Shown piece after piece: positions 63,109 through 64,000 of a DNA stretch of 64,000 nt. The first letter of the stretch is position 1. Every line of letters begins with the position of its first letter. A program made the translations under genes and the position numbers. Below the pieces are notes generated by a model that saw only the letters and a program-made list of their open reading frames with translations, was not told where the DNA came from and ran no database searches. Source of the stretch: Mobula hypostoma (lineage: Eukaryota); the NCBI RefSeq assembly GCF_963921235.1, contig NC_086106.1, forward strand, positions 23,746,001 to 23,810,000, in the 5' to 3' direction.

Positions 63109-64000
63109 TATAGAAACATAGAAAATAGGTGCAGGAGTAGGCCATTCGGCCCTTCGAGCCTGCACCGCCATTTATTATGATCATGGCTGATCATCCAACT
63201 CAGAACCCAGCCTTCCCTCCATACCCCCTGACCCCTGTAGCCACAAGGGCCATATCTAACTTCCATTTAAACATAGCTAATGAACTGGCCTCAACAGTTT
63301 GCTGTGGCAGAGAATTCCACAGATTCACCACTCTCTGTGTGAAGAAGTTTTTCCTAACCTCGGTCCTAAAAGGCTTCCCCTCTATCCTCAAACTGTGACC
63401 CCTCGTTCTAGACCTCCCCAACATCGGGAACAATCTTCCTGCATCTAGCCTGTCCAATCCCTTTAGGATCTTATACGTTTCAATCAGATCCCCCCTCAAT
63501 CTTCTAAATTCCAACGAGTACAAGCCCAGTTCATCCAGTCTTTCTTCATATGAAAGACCTGCCATCCCAGGAATCAATCTGGTGAACCTTCTTTGTACTC
63601 CCTCTATGGCAAAGATGTCTTTCCTCAGATTAGGGGACCAAAACTGCACACAATACTCCAGGTGTGGTCTCACCAAGGCCTTGTACAACTGCAGTAGTAC
63701 CTCCCTGCTCCTGTACTCGAATCCTCTCGCTATAAATGCCAGCATACCGTTCGCCTTTTTCACCGCCTGCTGTACCTGCATGCCCACTTTCAATGACTGG
63801 TGTATAATGACACCCAGGTCTCGTTGCACCTCCCCTTTTCCTAATCGGCCACCATTCAGATAATAATCTGTTTTCCTATTTTTGCCACCAAAGTGGATAA
63901 CTTCACATTTATCCACATTAAATTGCATCTGCCATGAGTTTGCCCACTCACCCAACCTATCCAAGTCACCCTGCATCCTCTTAGCATCCTCCTCACTGCT
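63109..64000 (-). mobile_element. Second copy of the same CR1 subfamily 3' end, running off the window
   Basis: ORF 63200-63976 is near-identical to 61506-62340. Its own tagaaacatag tail is at ~63110. Confidence 0.9.

Noticed and set aside
1-64000. CRISPR arrays, rRNA/tRNA genes, prokaryotic operons, D/J/C segments
   Set aside because: None seen. The sequence is vertebrate genomic DNA, and I found no FGxG J motif with an upstream RSS and no C exon by eye.

Overview
Eukaryotic, repeat-rich DNA, most likely from a cartilaginous fish such as a ray. The taxon is inferred from the V-gene style and repeat families, not verified. The window is part of a T-cell receptor alpha/delta V-segment array. 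Three apparently intact V genes lie on the + strand (ATG at 2364, 8737 and 23983). Each has a 52-nt leader exon, a ~0.5 kb GT-AG intron, a 304-nt V exon and a 23-bp-spacer RSS with a non-consensus heptamer. V2 and V3 sit in two copies of a ~15.3 kb tandem duplication (about 4449-19818 and 19819-35075). Both copies carry the same CR1 fragment, Tc1 transposon, Penelope-like end, solo LTR and deleted BEL/Pao element. A third BEL copy follows at 36765-39560. From 25 kb to 64 kb I found no intact V gene. That stretch holds a solo LTR with a perfect TSD, a young deleted Gmr1-like Gypsy element and nested LINEs. The most notable non-TE signals are a 22-bp ETS/CRE-like element identical upstream of all three V genes, V2/V3 divergence concentrated in the antigen-binding loops, the variant RSS heptamers, and minimal hammerhead ribozyme relics. 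I did not find a convincing wholly novel system. Most short ORFs in the track are TE debris or antisense frames. TE boundaries without a TSD are approximate.
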